Origin: Carcharhinus longimanus
Lineage: Eukaryota
Assembly (NCBI GenBank): GCA_030264375.1
Contig: JASCQW010000105.1
Span: forward strand, 28,977,187 to 29,041,186
Direction: 5' to 3'
DNA length: 64,000 bases
Positions 63,690-64,000 of this stretch are shown in pieces (within the stretch, counting starts at the first letter, position 1; every line of letters begins with the position of its first letter). The position numbers and the translations under genes were made by a program. The notes beneath the pieces are model-generated. The model was not told the origin of the DNA. It searched no databases and was given only the letters and a program-made list of their open reading frames with translations.

Positions 63690-63990
63690 TGTAGGTAGTT
63701 TTACCATAGGCTTTGCTGGCTGGTCCTGTTGGCTTCCAGCATTATCATGTCACTCTACAGCACAACAGTAATGAAAAGAATGTAATGGAGGCAGTACAGT
63801 GAAGGTTAATTAAATTGATCCCTGGGGTGAGAGGCTCTCCTGTGGTGGAAGGTTGACCAAACTGCACATTCACATCTGTTTCGAAGAATGTGAGCTGATC
63901 TCATTGAAACCTTTAAAATTCTGAAAGGGCCTGATCAGGTAGATAGTGAGAGACTGTTTAAAGTTAGGATAGATGGATGTTTTGTCGCTC
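63690..63990 (+). mobile_element. CR1 ORF2 C-terminal fragment
   Basis: GGAGGCAGTACAGTGAAGGTT..TTGATCCCTGGG..GAAGAATGTGAGCTGATCTCATTGAAAC..AAAATTCTGAAGGG (EAVQ..RLIPG..DLIETFKIL). Confidence 0.7.
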
Positions 63991-64000
63991 AGAATCAAGG

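Noticed and set aside
1-64000. CRISPR arrays, operons or other prokaryotic systems
   Set aside because: Spliceosomal exon-intron structure and vertebrate retroelements throughout; no repeat-spacer array or long intact ORFs.

Overview
Eukaryotic (vertebrate) DNA, not prokaryotic. The repeat content (HE1-like SINEs, CR1/HER1, DeuSINE-like, L2, RTE, Rex1/Babar, Penelope-like) points to a shark or other elasmobranch draft assembly with many N gaps. The window holds the 5' part of intersectin-1 (ITSN1) on the minus strand. A non-coding exon 1 lies in a CpG-rich promoter (donor at 58196/58195), followed by a ~46.7 kb repeat-filled intron 1 and coding exons at 11402-11461 (ATG 11429), 9585-9677, 5240-5303, 3851-4008 and 3499-3678. 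These encode EH1 and the Pro-rich linker; the gene continues beyond position 1. Intron 1 contains two decayed Gypsy elements, a probable solo LTR, a hAT MITE and many LINE/SINE fragments. The most notable observations are: (i) a 7-codon uORF that exists only after splicing across intron 1 and appears to mirror human ITSN1; (ii) fold-back Penelope-like insertions with minimal hammerhead-ribozyme cores, one with a 13-bp target-site duplication; (iii) an in-frame internal acceptor in exon 6; (iv) Trp15->Cys at the start of EH1; (v) an intron 5 of only 172 bp; and (vi) a motif-dense, probably bidirectional promoter. Repeat family names and human comparisons come from memory, not from searches, and repeat boundaries are approximate.
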